Assembly: GCA_010093605.1 (NCBI GenBank)
Contig: MU004200.1
Coordinates: 744,001 to 783,962 of the forward strand
Source: Lophium mytilinum
Lineage: Eukaryota
Direction of reading: 5' to 3'
Length of the DNA: 39,962 nucleotides
Both the position numbers and the translations under genes were made by a program. Positions 10,215 to 22,273 of the stretch are shown here, piece after piece (position 1 is the stretch's first letter; each line of letters opens with the position of its first letter). The notes under the pieces were generated by a model. The model saw only the letters and a list, made by a program, of their open reading frames with translations, made no database searches and was not told the origin of the DNA.

Positions 10215-10566
10215 AAAGGAGGGTTGCTTGATGTGTCTGTATGATGTTGATATGTGTTTCGGATTTTTTTTGGCACTTTGTATGATGATTGACAAATCTT
10301 CTGAGCGACGGGACAAGCTGGCGGACGAAAAGTATGTTTGTAGCATTTAGGTGATTGTCAGGCGTTTAGAATCTTTGAAATTTCAATGTAAAATTGGCAT
10401 ATTTTCGGAGAATAGCAAGAGGTACATCGTGGTCACTATTCGTACACTTGACGTCCCACTTCTTGCTACGGACCCTCCGCTCTTCGAACTCGGACAAATA
10501 TCCACCAAAAGGAAGATGCCAAATAAATCTTCATCTCCTCAAAACGGTGTCTTACAAGACATCGCG

Positions 10567-12827
10567 TCAGTTCGCCATCCGCCACGCCCTCAACGGCAAC
10601 GCCTGCAGCCTCATCGCCGCTGGCCGTATGAAACCCAAAAACGTCACCACGCCAATGACCACACAGATCACGTTCATGACGTAGTAGCCATCAGTCGTGA
10701 TATTGCATGTTCCACCCCCGTCCTTACAGCGGTGCTTATCCGCTTCTAGCGCGCAAGAAAACGGAGAGGTGATGAGTGGAGACTTGAGGCCGTCTAGTTT
10801 CTGGTCGGTGGGTGGGATACAAGTCGCAGCGGTAAACAGATCGACGAATTTGAGGATAAAGAAGCGGGGGAACGTGCCGCCGAGATTGGAGACCCTAAAC
10901 ATGGTCAGTGGTCTGGTTTCGGAGTGGAGGAAAATGAGGGGAGCTCACGTAGCTAAGAGCGTCATGTAGGTACCCCCGATGACTGGATCCGCAATTCGAG
11001 CATGGAAAGCGCTGATCGCTACGAACATGACTGTGTTCATGAAGGTGCTATAGACGTGCTCCACAATCACAGTAAGAAGATACCATGTTGGCACGCCAGT
11101 ATCCGGTGTGACGCCCGAAGGGAAGATCATGACCACAAATTGAGCAAAGACCGCAGCTCCTAAACGTCCCATGAATGCCCAGGACCACAGTTTCATGGGT
11201 GGGTAGGTCTGGCACCATTTCCCAGCGTAGTAGCCCAGTGCGATCTCAAATGGAAAGTCGATGAGGACGGTAAGAGCGAGGTCTTGCTGACTGAAGCCCT
11301 TGTCTAGTAATTTGAGGTTCGTGACGCCATCGTTGGCCTGGAATCCAATCTTCGCGATCAAATGAATGAGAATGAAGGTTTGGATGTTCTTAAGCTTTAA
11401 GATGCCGCCCATGACTTTGTACACGTCCCATATGCCATCGGTGTTTCTTGTGCGCTCTTCGGTCTTCATGATGGCGAGACCGGCTGTCACGATGAGATAC
11501 GCCCAGCCCCAGAATTTCAGATATCCGTCCAGAGTCATGAGACCGACGTCCAGGTGCGCGTCAGCAGGACGAAACCAGCGATTCGCAAAGTCCTTCGAGT
11601 TGAACGCAAGGAAAACGGTGTATGAGAGGAACTGGCCAGCCGTAAGACCGACGGTTTGCGCGGTCGAGGCATACGAGAGGTTTTCATGCGAAAGGAGCGT
11701 CAACGCCCAACCTGTTTGGATATCAGCAATTTGTCTCCAGAAACGTCCCCGTTTTAGACTTCACGAGTTTCCTGCACATCTCAAGACTCACCATCAACAG
11801 CAATATCCTGCGTGGCGCACAGAAACACGAGCGCAAACCACCACCACGTGAAATTCCACACTCCACCGCCATCTTTCGCCTCGGCACTGATCATCATCTC
11901 TTGTACACGTCCGCCCAGCCACAGCATCGCAAATCCACTGATTGTCTGAATTGGCAGAATCCAACTCTTCCTTCGCCCCAACTTCGGGCTCCACACAGCA
12001 TCCACGATGGGACTCCACAGCAGCTTCAAGCTGTACGGATAACTAGCCAGCGAGAACACGCCAATCTCGGTGTACGAGACGTGGCTCTTCAGCAAGAACG
12101 GCACCGACCCCGTCGCCAGCCCCATCGGAATACCCTGGAGGAAGTATAGCAGCACGAGCAGCAGGAAGTTCGACTGGTCCTGCTTCGGCAGCTCGAAGAA
12201 ACCCTTCGACGAGGCCTCGGAGTCGTGTGTCATGGTCGGCACGGGGTCATCTAATGAGAAGGAGTGCCGTCCTACCAGACTTGCCGTCTGCGATTCTGGA
12301 CTGTCGAGGGGCGCATGTTTCCGGCGGTGCTCGACCCCGTTCATGGCGTCGGCGCCGCGTGCGCTGCCGTTGGCGCTCGAGGGCGTCTCGGGGCGGGCAG
12401 AGGAGGCGGACCGGGGAGGTTGTGGGGAGCGGGATTGGCGGCCTTTTTTGCCCATCTGATGTTTGGTAGGGTTACTGGGGTCTTCGTCTGTGGCTTCTTC
12501 GTCGTCTGAAAATTCAGAGGGGTCGAGGAGGTGGGCGTGCTCAGGGGGGCTGCGAGAGGACGAGGAGGTGGGGATGTGGAGGGGCGACAGGTGCCTTCTG
12601 TCTTTTCTCTTGGTGTTTGAAGATATATTCTGCGATTCTGAAGTATCTAGAGAGGGTTCGATCGTCTGTAACTCGACGTCGTGCTGGCTTCTCGCGCGGC
12701 GATGTTGCGCGTACAGGTTCTGCTCGTACTGAGCGCGGTGGGTAGGTAGTATATGGGTCTCGGTGGCCGAAGGAAAGGAGGGCGGTATATGCGATGGTTC
12801 GAAAGCGTCACTTGTAGTGGGAGGCAT
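10567..12827 (-). CDS. Acetyl-CoA transporter 1 family MFS protein (AT-1/SLC33A1, Acatn), ~708 aa (exons 12827-11792, 11711-10949, 10894-10567)
   Basis: Motifs LLVLLYFLQGIPMGL, YPYSLKLLWSPIVD, ATQDIAVDG|WALTLLS and DPVIGGTYMTLLAT|VSNLGGTFP, with canonical GTGAG..AG introns. An alternative start is possible at ATG 12455. Confidence 0.92.
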
Positions 12828-13087
12828 CCATGAAGACCCCTCGCGGCAGAAGACGTGTGCTAGTGTCAAAGACGGCCCTATGCAGGAACGGAACGTGTCC
12901 TGAACGATGCAAGGCGAGTGGCGGATCAGCGAGTAGTGGGGGCGATGGAATGGGAGGGGAATGTCAAAGAGTGAATGAGAGAGTGAACAGAGAGAGCGGT
13001 ATTCCAGGGCGCGAGAGAGCTATTGACAGCTCCTCCCGTTGTTCCTGTCGAGATAACGGAACTGAGTCCTGTTTCATGCTCGACGGC

Positions 13088-13097
13088 ATCACGTGAC
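13088..13097. promoter_or_regulatory. E-box (ATCACGTGAC), candidate bHLH (Cbf1/SREBP-type) site in the short divergent promoter
   Basis: TCACGTGA lies between the starts at 12827 (-) and 13178 (+). Similar sites occur at 17331-17340 and 17768-17777 in the next divergent intergenic region. Confidence 0.35.
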
Positions 13098-13177
13098 TGC
13101 GGATCCAGAGCGCGTTGACCACAACACCATTCATCCCCTCATCCTCATCCTTCACCACAACCTCTCCCACCACCGCA

Positions 13178-14142
13178 ATGGCCACCTCAACTCCCCAAAC
13201 CCTCGACGCCGATCTCGCGAATCTGCACGCACAGCTCGCGCACCTTCGACACCGCCGCGCCAACCTCTCCACCGCCCTCCTCGCGCACCCAAACACCTCT
13301 ACTTTGCTAAACACCAACCGCCCCCGCGGCGTCCAAAAGCCCGCCCACCGCAGCGCCGCCTCCCTGATTTCCAAGCAGCAAAAACATACCACCCACTCCC
13401 TCCATCGCGCGCTGGCCGGGTGCACCGCCTACAAAGTGCAAGACCCGGACCCGCACGCTGTGGACTCCGGACGCGTATTGGGGGTGCAAATCGAGGTGTT
13501 TATAGAGGGTAGAGCCAATTCTTCAATCATAAGCTGGATACACGCTAACATGACGCAGGCGCATTCCTCCCGCCATACCACATCCTCCTGAATAGGCCCT
13601 ACGCAACATACCCCCAAACCCTCAAAATCCATAAACATACGCTCCCGCCATGCATCCCCCTAGCGCAGCTCGCACGGAAACACCTACCGCAGCCGAACAA
13701 GAATGATGGTAGCGAGCCGGTTCAGGATCTACAGAAACTGGTCCGCGCGGTGAGGTGGGAGGCGCAGAGCTGGCATCTCCGCGTTGCGGCCGTCGAGCGG
13801 CTGCGCGAGGAAGCTGGGTTGGGGGAGGATGAAGAGGTTGGAATTATGCAAGGCCTCGACGTGGACGCTAATCCGAGCGAGATGTTAAATGGTTACGTTG
13901 CACCCGCGAAAGCAGGCCCGCGTCGCAAGGGCAGGATCGTGACGGTTGATTCGGATAGGGCGGTGACTGTTGTATCGATTGAGTGGATGGGAGGATTAGG
14001 GGTGAAAATGCGCGTGAAGAAAGACGGGGAGGTGGAGAAAGGCGTTGCGCGGTGGCGGAGCGGAGAGAGGGATGAGAGGACCGAGAGGGCGGTGCTGGGC
14101 AGGATTGAGGGGGTGGTGGAGAGGTTGGGAGGGCGGAGGTGA
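13178..14142 (+). CDS. CENP-O/Mcm21/Mal2 family kinetochore protein, ~304 aa (exons 13178-13508, 13559-14142)
   Basis: An N-terminal coiled coil, then LAGCTAYKVQDPDPHAVDSGRVLGVQIEVF|..FLPPYHILLNRP..LKIHKHTLPPCIPL, typical of fungal CENP-O. Intron 13509-13558 is GT..CTAAC..CAG. Confidence 0.85.
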
Positions 14143-14378
14143 GTGTAGGCCATTCTCATGATGGCCATTTCCACAGTCGATCGCAGCCGTGGTCAGAAGA
14201 ACGTAGGGGCGAGTTGGAGATATTAGCATTATGAATGATACCCAGCCACGCGCATTCCACTCGCTTTTCTAAACTTCCAACCGCTTCAACCGCTCAATCA
14301 AACAGCTTTACTCAAACAAACAAGCAGAACAAGGAGAAGGGTACACAACTACCAGCAGTCAAGATCAGATTTGCCGCC

Positions 14379-16906
14379 TCACCGCCCCGTCTGGCAAAGC
14401 GCAATACAAAACTCCCTGAAATCGCCCTTGGTCGCTTCTTCCAAATCCTCCTCTATCACGCGTCCGTACTTTTCTTCGTACTCCGCTTTGACACGGATCA
14501 TATGTAGTCTATCCCAATGCAATCGTACCAGCCGCGAGATGAGAAGTTCGTAGCGCTGCTGCCGCTCGTGCTTGGAGACGGACTCTTTCGAAAGTTTGGA
14601 GGATGACGAGCGCGGGCCGGGTGCGGCGGGCTCGGGAGGCTCTATGAGGTCCATGAGGGCGTGATGGAGGAGCATGCTGTCGCGTGCGGGCCGGTTGATG
14701 GCGCCGTTGAGGATGTGAGCTATGACTTCGCCCTGTTGCGTGTGTTAGCTTATGCATTCCAATTTTGAAAGGCCTGGGGAAACAGAAGGAAGTGAGTCTC
14801 ACGTACCACAAGATTGTTACTCTTCCTCAATGCATCCCTCGCAAAGTTCCCCTGGTACTTCCTCTCGTACGTTCTCAGTACCTCTCTGAGATGCTGGTCA
14901 CTCCTCATGACCACAACGCCTAACATCGCCGTCTCGCCCCCTTCTCTCGCCTTCAATGCTTTGTAAAGCGTATCAACGTCCTTATTCCGATACTCCATCG
15001 GCCACTGATCGCTCTCCTCCTGCCGCTCTCCCTCCAGCGCCATCAGTACCGCTTTGCGAAACTTGTCTGCCTTGAGCTCTTTATCCATACACTTCGTTAA
15101 GCTGTCCCCGTACCGCTTATCCTTAAACGCGTCTTTAATCTCGCGGATTTCATGATTCTGCCGCCCCATGAGCGCCTCGACGAGGAGCTCCCGCCGCGCG
15201 TTGCTAGACTGGTACCAGAAATTTGCCCAGTAGCCCTCGCTCTCATACTTCCCTAGTGCAGTCACGTGGCAGATTTTGCCGAAATTGGATGAGGGAATTT
15301 TGAGCTTGATGTGCTTCGCGATGTTGATGCCGCGGCCTTGAACCTTGCAGTGCCGCTTGTACTCGGCGCGGAGCTCGAGCATTTGGTCGTGCGAGAGCAT
15401 TGGGAGGATGTCGATGAGGGTGTCGACGTTGGGCGTGCGGCTGGCGAGGGCGTCGACGAGGGCTAGGGCGTCTTCGGTGGCGTCGTAGATCTTGACGCGT
15501 TTTTCTTTCTGGGATTGGGTGGTCAAAGCCATGGCTTCGAGGGCAAGCTTGTCGCCCTTGCGGCCTTTCGAGGGAGGCGAAGGGTGGCGGCCTGAGGTCG
15601 ACGGGGCACGATGTCGGCTTGATGTTGAGGTGGCACGGTGTCGTCCGTGGATAGAAGAGGTGGAGTCACGTGGGGATAGGCTGTTAAGCATGGGGAGGTC
15701 GTCAAGGTCGTCGTCAGGGATCATCATGGCGGAGGGCATGGGAGAGATGGACTGGTAGACCCCGTGATAGGCTTCTAGGAGGGGGCTTCCTGGTGGTGCT
15801 TGGCCCGGGAGAATCTGCTGTATGTCTGGGCGATTGCCGCTGACAGATAGACGATCCATGCGAGGCATGCCGGGCGAAGGGGCTCGCAGATCGGGACGTG
15901 GGCCGTTTACGGACATTCGGTGTGGGTGGAGACCTGGAGAAGGGGGTTGGGGCATCCTAGAGCCTCCCGGGACTATCTCGACGACAGCGTGATCACCATA
16001 ATACCCTGATGGCTTCCGGGAGTGAGACGGCGCCGATTGCTGGATAGGAGGGGGAGATGGTTGGTAGTGAGCTTGAGGTGGAAGGGGCTGTTGATATTGA
16101 GCTTGAGGTGGAGGAGGGGCTTGTTGATATTGGGCCTGGGACTGAGGATGAGCGTGCTGATATTGAGCTTGAGGCGGAGAGGGCTGTCGCTGGCCATGTT
16201 GAGGCGTGGAGGTGTAATCGTAGGACTGGGGCTGCTGGTATTGCAGTGCCGCAGGTTGCGCACTATGTTTTATGGGGGGCTGCTGTGCCGATGAAACTAC
16301 AGGCTTCGACGTAAAGGTGATCTTATCCGGCGCTGGTGCATACTGGAACCCTCCAGTCCCTCCCGCTGCCCTTTGGGGACCGGACTGATTCGCAGCATTC
16401 GGCGTATACCCGTATTGCGGAGCCTGAGAATACGAAACTGGCTGCCCATACGCATAAGAAGGCGAAGTCGGCGATGCTGGTCCCCGGTCCTGCGGCTGAT
16501 TTGGATACTGATACTGTTGAGCCTGCTGCTGCTGCTGCTGCTGCTGGATATATCCCGGTCTCTCATGAGGCGGGAGATCAGTGTAGTCGCCCATGGTGAT
16601 GTCGCTCGCCATCGGGGGCGGGGGAGCATTGCTTTGAGCACTCATCTCAGCTCGGTGACCTCCTGAAGCTCCTCCCAGGAGGTGGGCGGGGGTTACATAC
16701 CCGTGAGGTTGTGCTGACGGCTGTGAGGGCTGCCTAACCTCATACTGCGGGGTAGCTCCCACCCCCCCTTGGCCTGGCGCTGCATATGAATAGGCAGCGG
16801 GACTAGGTGAGGGAGCCCGCACGTTGCTGCGCGATCTATCGCGTTTCCCTCCATCGCGCGACTTGGAGCGCGAGCGGCCCTTTCGGTCGTCGACGCGCAA
16901 CGACAT
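14379..16906 (-). CDS. Fungal annexin of the ANXC4 type with a long P/Q/Y-rich N-terminus, ~817 aa (exons 16906-14807, 14732-14379)
   Basis: Annexin-like repeats LIDILPMLSHDQMLELRAEYK, LLVEALMGR.N.EIREIK and ATKGDFREFCIAL. Intron 14806-14733 (GTACGT..GCTAAC..CAG) joins SNNLV|GEVIAHILNG. Confidence 0.85.
16523..16546 (-). repeat. (CAG)8 microsatellite encoding polyglutamine in the annexin N-terminus
   Basis: CTG repeated 8 times on the + strand; YIQQQQQQQQAQQY in the translation. Confidence 0.9.
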
Positions 16907-17647
16907 GGCAGGGATGATGGGGTCTGATGTTGAAGGATGAAAGAGGAAGTCAATGGCACGCGCAGAACATCAGATGGAAAGAGAAGAGGAAGGCTGATAC
17001 GCGATTGAGAGAGTAGGAAAGCAGAATGAAAGTAGAAGGAATAGAGAGCGCGAGAGGAAGACTTGAGGTTTCAGGCGCGTAGAAATTTGGATGGCTGGCG
17101 GGGGAGAGGCGTTTGCGGGCGGCGGTTCAGCCGCTTACAGGGATTATTTGGGGGCCAGAAGGGGTTTTGCAGTCCGAGGCGACATGTTGAACCGTCACAA
17201 GGGGAGTACAGCATTACTAACATCTCATTAGACGCAGCCAGAATATTCATGACGGCCATATAGTCTTACGACACACGCCTTGGGAGTTTCAGGGCGCATG
17301 CCGTGGAGTAGTGTAAGCTAAGCAGTGCAGATCACGTGATGGCTGCATTGTCCAGATCTAGCATGGTCAGGTTCTTGTGAATCGAGAAGCCTCCAATCCA
17401 TGGCCAGGCGATAGAGTATGTGAAGTCTCCAATTTTAGTCTGAGTGCTCGAATAATCAGGGCGTCACGACTCGAGACAGTTGATGTTGAAGGAAGAATTT
17501 CCAAGATTTGATATCGTCGAAATCATTAAAGCCTAGTCTATTCTCCTCCAGAACAGTTTGTAACCACTCCAAGAATTACCAATCCAGTCACACCACTTCT
17601 TACACTTTCCATCTCTACTCAGGCCTGTGACACTTTCTCTTCCAACT

Positions 17648-17762
17648 CCACCACAACTCATTGACCAATTCCACCACAACTCATTGACCAATTCCACCAC
17701 AACTCATTGACCAATTCCACCACAACTCATTGACCAATTCCACCACAGTTCATTGAGCGATT
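17648..17762. repeat. 23-bp minisatellite, 4 perfect copies plus 1 degenerate
   Basis: CCACCACAACTCATTGACCAATT starts at 17648, 17671, 17694 and 17717; the variant CCACCACAGTTCATTGAGCGATT starts at 17740. Confidence 0.97.
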
Positions 17763-18232
17763 GCACCGTCACGTGATCCTTCCTGCATGTTTCACACCCA
17801 CTGCTTAGTTCAGCCTCAACCGCCGATCGCAAGATGCACCCAACGCTGCAAAACCCACAAAAAAAGCTTCAACACCGATAAACACCCGTGACACACCCGC
17901 AACCTAGAGAAGAAGCCGGCTTGCGAAGATGCGGTGAGGATTGCACCCAGCGTCGTGATTTGTTCCTGCCAACTCGCCATCGTCAGCTCTAGACCTTGCA
18001 TGGCTTGGGCTACTGCCACGCCTATTTTCGTGCCCAGCTGAGTGATGCGATAAAGGGAGGATAAGGTGAGCTGAAAGAGTGGGAGGGTGGATATCGTTGC
18101 CGTTGCGTATATAAGGTTATCCAAGTCCCCAGGTCTTCGAGACGTGTTTTCCATTGCACTGTCAGCCGTTCATATTGCTAGCTTTGATTCCAATTCCCAT
18201 CTCTCACACTCCCCCTCCCCCAATTGGACGCT

Positions 18233-19126
18233 ATGGATCCAGCAATGCCTATGAATCCTGAGACGGTTTCACCTTTCCTCCGCCTCCCAGGCGAACTTCG
18301 CAACAGCATCTACAACCTGGCACTTACAACACCCTTCCCTATCACAGACCCCGGCGTCTCCTCCCACCACACCTCTACGCCACCATTAGGCCTTGCGCTT
18401 CTCCGCACTTGCCACACCATTTACGCCGAAGCCAGCCTGCGTCCTCTCTTCGCCTTGAATCGCTTTCATTTCACCGCTGTGACGCATGCACACCTATTCC
18501 TCTCCAAACTCACGCCCGCCAATCGCGCCTTCATCCAGGATGTAGAAGTGGATGTGCGGAGCGTGCACGCCCAGTATAGAGATTGGCCAGCATATCTAGA
18601 GTCCAATCTGGGCGAGGTCGGCAAATTGGCATCGTTGAGGACTGATGCATCAGGGCTGAAAGTGTTGCGACTAAATTTCAGCGCGTGGCCTACGATTGGG
18701 CTGAGCAGGGCGGAACTGGGGCAGCTTTTGAGGCACCTAGTGGTAGGCGTGGCTGGATTGGGACTGGAGCGGGTGGTTCTCATGGGCGCGAGTCGAGGAG
18801 AGACAATGGCGAGGAGGAATCCATGGAGTCCGGTGCATTTTGTGGGCGCTGAGGACTTCGGGGCGAGGTTCGACCTAGTCAGCGCCATGGGACGAGCGGT
18901 TAGAGACGAGCGTGATGAGAAGGTCGTGCGGTGGACGAGGGGGGAGGGGGCCATCGAACTCGAAGTCGTCTTATTATCGCACATTCGAAGAACGAATCGG
19001 TCCTGGGCTGCGCCGCCCGTCACGAAACCTATGAGCGAGGCGTGGCCGCGGAGTGGGTCTTGCAGCTGGGAAGAATACCAAAAGCGAGACTCGGAAAGCT
19101 TTTCATCTCTTCCATCAAGACGTTGA
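18233..19126 (+). CDS. Hypothetical protein with an N-terminal F-box-like motif (2EXR/DUF7730-like class), 297 aa
   Basis: Intronless ORF with SPFLRLPGELRNSIY...LALLRTCHTIYAEA...FALNRFHF, a common fungal F-box-like architecture. First ATG at 18233. Confidence 0.75.
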   Translation: MDPAMPMNPETVSPFLRLPGELRNSIYNLALTTPFPITDPGVSSHHTSTPPLGLALLRTCHTIYAEASLRPLFALNRFHFTAVTHAHLFLSKLTPANRAFIQDVEVDVRSVHAQYRDWPAYLESNLGEVGKLASLRTDASGLKVLRLNFSAWPTIGLSRAELGQLLRHLVVGVAGLGLERVVLMGASRGETMARRNPWSPVHFVGAEDFGARFDLVSAMGRAVRDERDEKVVRWTRGEGAIELEVVLLSHIRRTNRSWAAPPVTKPMSEAWPRSGSCSWEEYQKRDSESFSSLPSRR

Positions 19127-19150
19127 GTCACGATGTCTCCGGATGATGTA

Positions 19151-20637
19151 TCAAGACGTCAAGTCCCAATGTCTCCGGATGATGGGTCTCGCGGGGTCCC
19201 ATGGTCCGTACATCTCGTTCTTGTACTTTTGTAGTCCGATTAGCCACCAGCAGCAGATACCCATGACAAGGAATGTTAAAACGCTGCCGAGGACTGCCCC
19301 CACAATGGCTGCGACTGCACCCCCGTTCGAGATGATTACCCCCATTCCTCCCGATGCAGCAATCACGAGAAAGTAAGTTAGAGTCCGGTGGCCGGCCGAG
19401 GAACTGTTCCGAAGTTGGCGCCGGAAAACAGGAAACAGACCAAATACTTCTATTGAGAATAGCGTGATAGAGAAAACATGTGTGGTAGAGGGTAACCGGG
19501 AAGCCATGACGGCTGAAGCCATAACAGCAGCATTGGTAGACAAGGACGCAGGGAACCTGAAGCACCGATTAGCAAGGTAGAAATAGGAGCATAAAGGGAG
19601 AAGTACTGCGCTCCAGTTCCGCCCCCATAGTCAAAGAAGAACACGTTCATGCACATCAGCCACGAGCTCATCGCCCAAATGGAATCGCTAGTGGTTGAAT
19701 CTGTCAGAGACTTCAATATCGGGCTGAGTCCAAGCAATGCGCAGTAGATGAGAAGAGCAGACTTGGCCGTTGCTAGACGCTGTTTATTCCGAGATGATAG
19801 CGAGGATGCAGGATCGCCGTATGGAGGATACTGGGTCCCTGAGCCAGATTGTCCAGTCGAGGATGCCGACACATTCGAAGTAATGGACGTTGCACTCGCA
19901 CTGTGAGAGTGACCTAGCCGAGGACTGACACTTCCGTTTGGTATCAGCAGGCCTAGCCCTTGCGGGTCCTTCAACGAGCTGGTCGAGCTTGCGCTGGATG
20001 CGTCTTCCACGACCTCCTTTTCAACGAGGGCCTGCACCTTCGCGGCCTCTTCTCGCCCCATCCAGTAATCCCACAGTATCCAGCCCATCACTGTACTAAT
20101 ACTGCCAGCGCTGACCACTGCCACCGGGGAGACTTCAAATTCTTTGATTGCCACAAAACAGCATATAAAGATAATGACCGAAGCAATGTGCTGTATGATA
20201 ACGGTGGAGTCGGCCATGAGCGACCAGAATTCGTAGGGCTGGAGGCGAGGATTTCGTTGCAAGTGATCGAGGAACGTCTCTTCGTCGGTGTAGTTATCCG
20301 GATCTGAAATTCAATCAGCATTGGTATACTTATACTCCGAGTCTCGTGGCTTACATGGCTGCTTGAACCACAACAGCTTGTTCCAATGCCTCTTCCTCCG
20401 TCTGCTGCCACTCCGACCTCTCTCCTTCTCCCTTTGTCTGCGCGCCTCGGTCATGCCACGTACAGAGCTTCCGCTGGAAGCCCCAAGGCCGAGAGGACTG
20501 TGCTGGCGCACTCTTCGTGGTGGAGAGGTTGCGAAGAAGGCATCCTCAGGGGCCAGTCGCGACGGGTCGGGGGCGCCAGTGCGATTGTGGAGGAGCTGGC
20601 GTGAGGCTGCATTCTGCTGGACAGTAGTGGTTGACAT
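19151..20637 (-). CDS. GPI2: GPI-GlcNAc transferase subunit Gpi2/PIG-C, ~461 aa (exons 20637-20355, 20303-19607, 19556-19151)
   Basis: Motifs WNKLLWFKQP|YPDNYTD.ETFL.HLQRNP, LSPILKSLT.STTSDSIWA, SLSTNAAVMAS.VMASRL and KNEMYGPWDPARP, with canonical introns 20354-20304 and 19606-19557. Confidence 0.95.
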
Positions 20638-21171
20638 CAGGGCGGCATTGCGCGTCGTTGAGGCCCTTGTGCAGATGTCGTTGAGGTTGATGCGGGAGCT
20701 TCGAGTACAAGGCACGGACCCTTGGAAGTCGCGGACCAACCCAGGTGAAATCTTCGTCGACACCCCCAAGAACACCAACGTCGGAAATGAAATGCCGGCG
20801 AATGACCGCTATCAATCCAACCGTAGAACAGACGTGTCGGTCTAAAAGAGTTGGGGAAGCTATCATTACTGCTAATGTACGTTCGCCGTTGATTAGAATA
20901 GTGAGGATATTCAGTACACACAAAACCCGCTTCAGCTAAGTAGTTCGACGGCCCTGAATGTGGACTCAGTTTATTAAATGCAATATAAAAGGTAGATTGT
21001 ATTGATTCAATATCCATGTATCCTTCATCTCCTATTTGATGTATCAAAGATCACTATTACAATCTTTTCGCGCGTACAAGTCGTTACGGGCTGGTATCAA
21101 AACTTAGAGTCATCGAACCCTTTCTTGGGCAAAAAGAGCCAAAGGAAAGCTCCAAATGAGAGCTCGTTGCT

Positions 21172-22273
21172 CTACACAGTCTCCCCGTTGGTAGCGCCAT
21201 TGCTGTGACCATTGGTCCCAAAGGTGAGATTTACACCATTGCCCGCAGCGCCATTGCCTGTAGCACCATTGCCTGTAGCACCATTGCTCGAGCCACCTTG
21301 CGTCCCTCCACGCTTCTCGCGTTGGATGCCGCCATGGACCATCGGATCTTCATCATAATCGCGAATCCTCAAACCCAAACGAGCGGGGTCAATATTGCGG
21401 TGGCCGAAGAGCAAGATCGTGCCAAACACTGGCTTCGCCAAAAAGTCCAGTATACTGTAAAAGACCGCCTCCGAGTCGGGTGAGATCACATTTCCACCTT
21501 CACAGACGCCCCAGGCAATAGGGTACATGATCCAAAGGAAAGTGGTGAGTGAGCCGGTCATCAGGAAAACACGCCCGATGTCAGATCCCAGGGCCGACGC
21601 GTGTTTGCGTGCTTCGAAGCCGAGGACGTAGACGATGTATACAAGGGCGGCACAACCTGTCAAGTATTAGTTCTGGAAAGGCCAGGCATTCAAGGACTGG
21701 GAGAGCTACCCATTACAAAATATCCCCACTTGTAGTCTGATCGCACCAAGGCGCCGACAAGTCCAGTGACGATCATCACTTCGTCAACCAGGATAACCCA
21801 AAGTACGCTCGGCCACGGCATGCCGGCAGTCAAGAGCAGATCCATCAAGAGTAGCGGCGTGGTAATGAACCAATCGATGTACCGGACATAGAAAATTTCG
21901 CGGTAGTTTCCGCGTACGACAGAATCGCTGCGATGATATTCTACCTCGATCGGGGTCCAACCTAAATTGCTGCCCATTGAGAAGTACGCGATGGTTGCAA
22001 CCATGGTGACGCCAGAAGTAATGTAGTGGAAAATGCGATGCTGGCGCGGCTTGGTGAGCGCGAGGCACATGAACACGATTGTTGCCGTGCCCATCGCGGC
22101 ACAGATGGCGAAGTACAGATCGGAGCCATGAGTTGTGATGGCTATATCTGCGGTTCCGCCATTTACGGTATTACCTACACTATTGTCAGTTGGGAGTTTT
22201 ATCTATTGAGAAAGGTGAGGTTACCGTTGGTATTGATAGCACCGTTGCCTGCTCTTTTATCGAGGGCTGACAT
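21172..22273 (-). CDS. carO: CarO-type microbial rhodopsin, ~332 aa (exons 22273-22225, 22174-21710, 21656-21172)
   Basis: Helix C YVRYIDWFITTPLLLMDL (bacteriorhodopsin R82/D85/T89/D96 equivalents) and helix G LDFLAKPVFG (D212/K216). It lies next to carB. Confidence 0.93.

Noticed and set aside
17648..17762. CRISPR-like array
   Set aside because: The repeats are directly adjacent with no spacers, there are no cas genes, and the context is eukaryotic; it is a minisatellite.
18466..19131. Long antisense ORFs (also 35240-35857, 9746-10276, 20321-20845, 11366-11851)
   Set aside because: Shadows of real genes on the opposite strand, expected from GC-rich codon usage.
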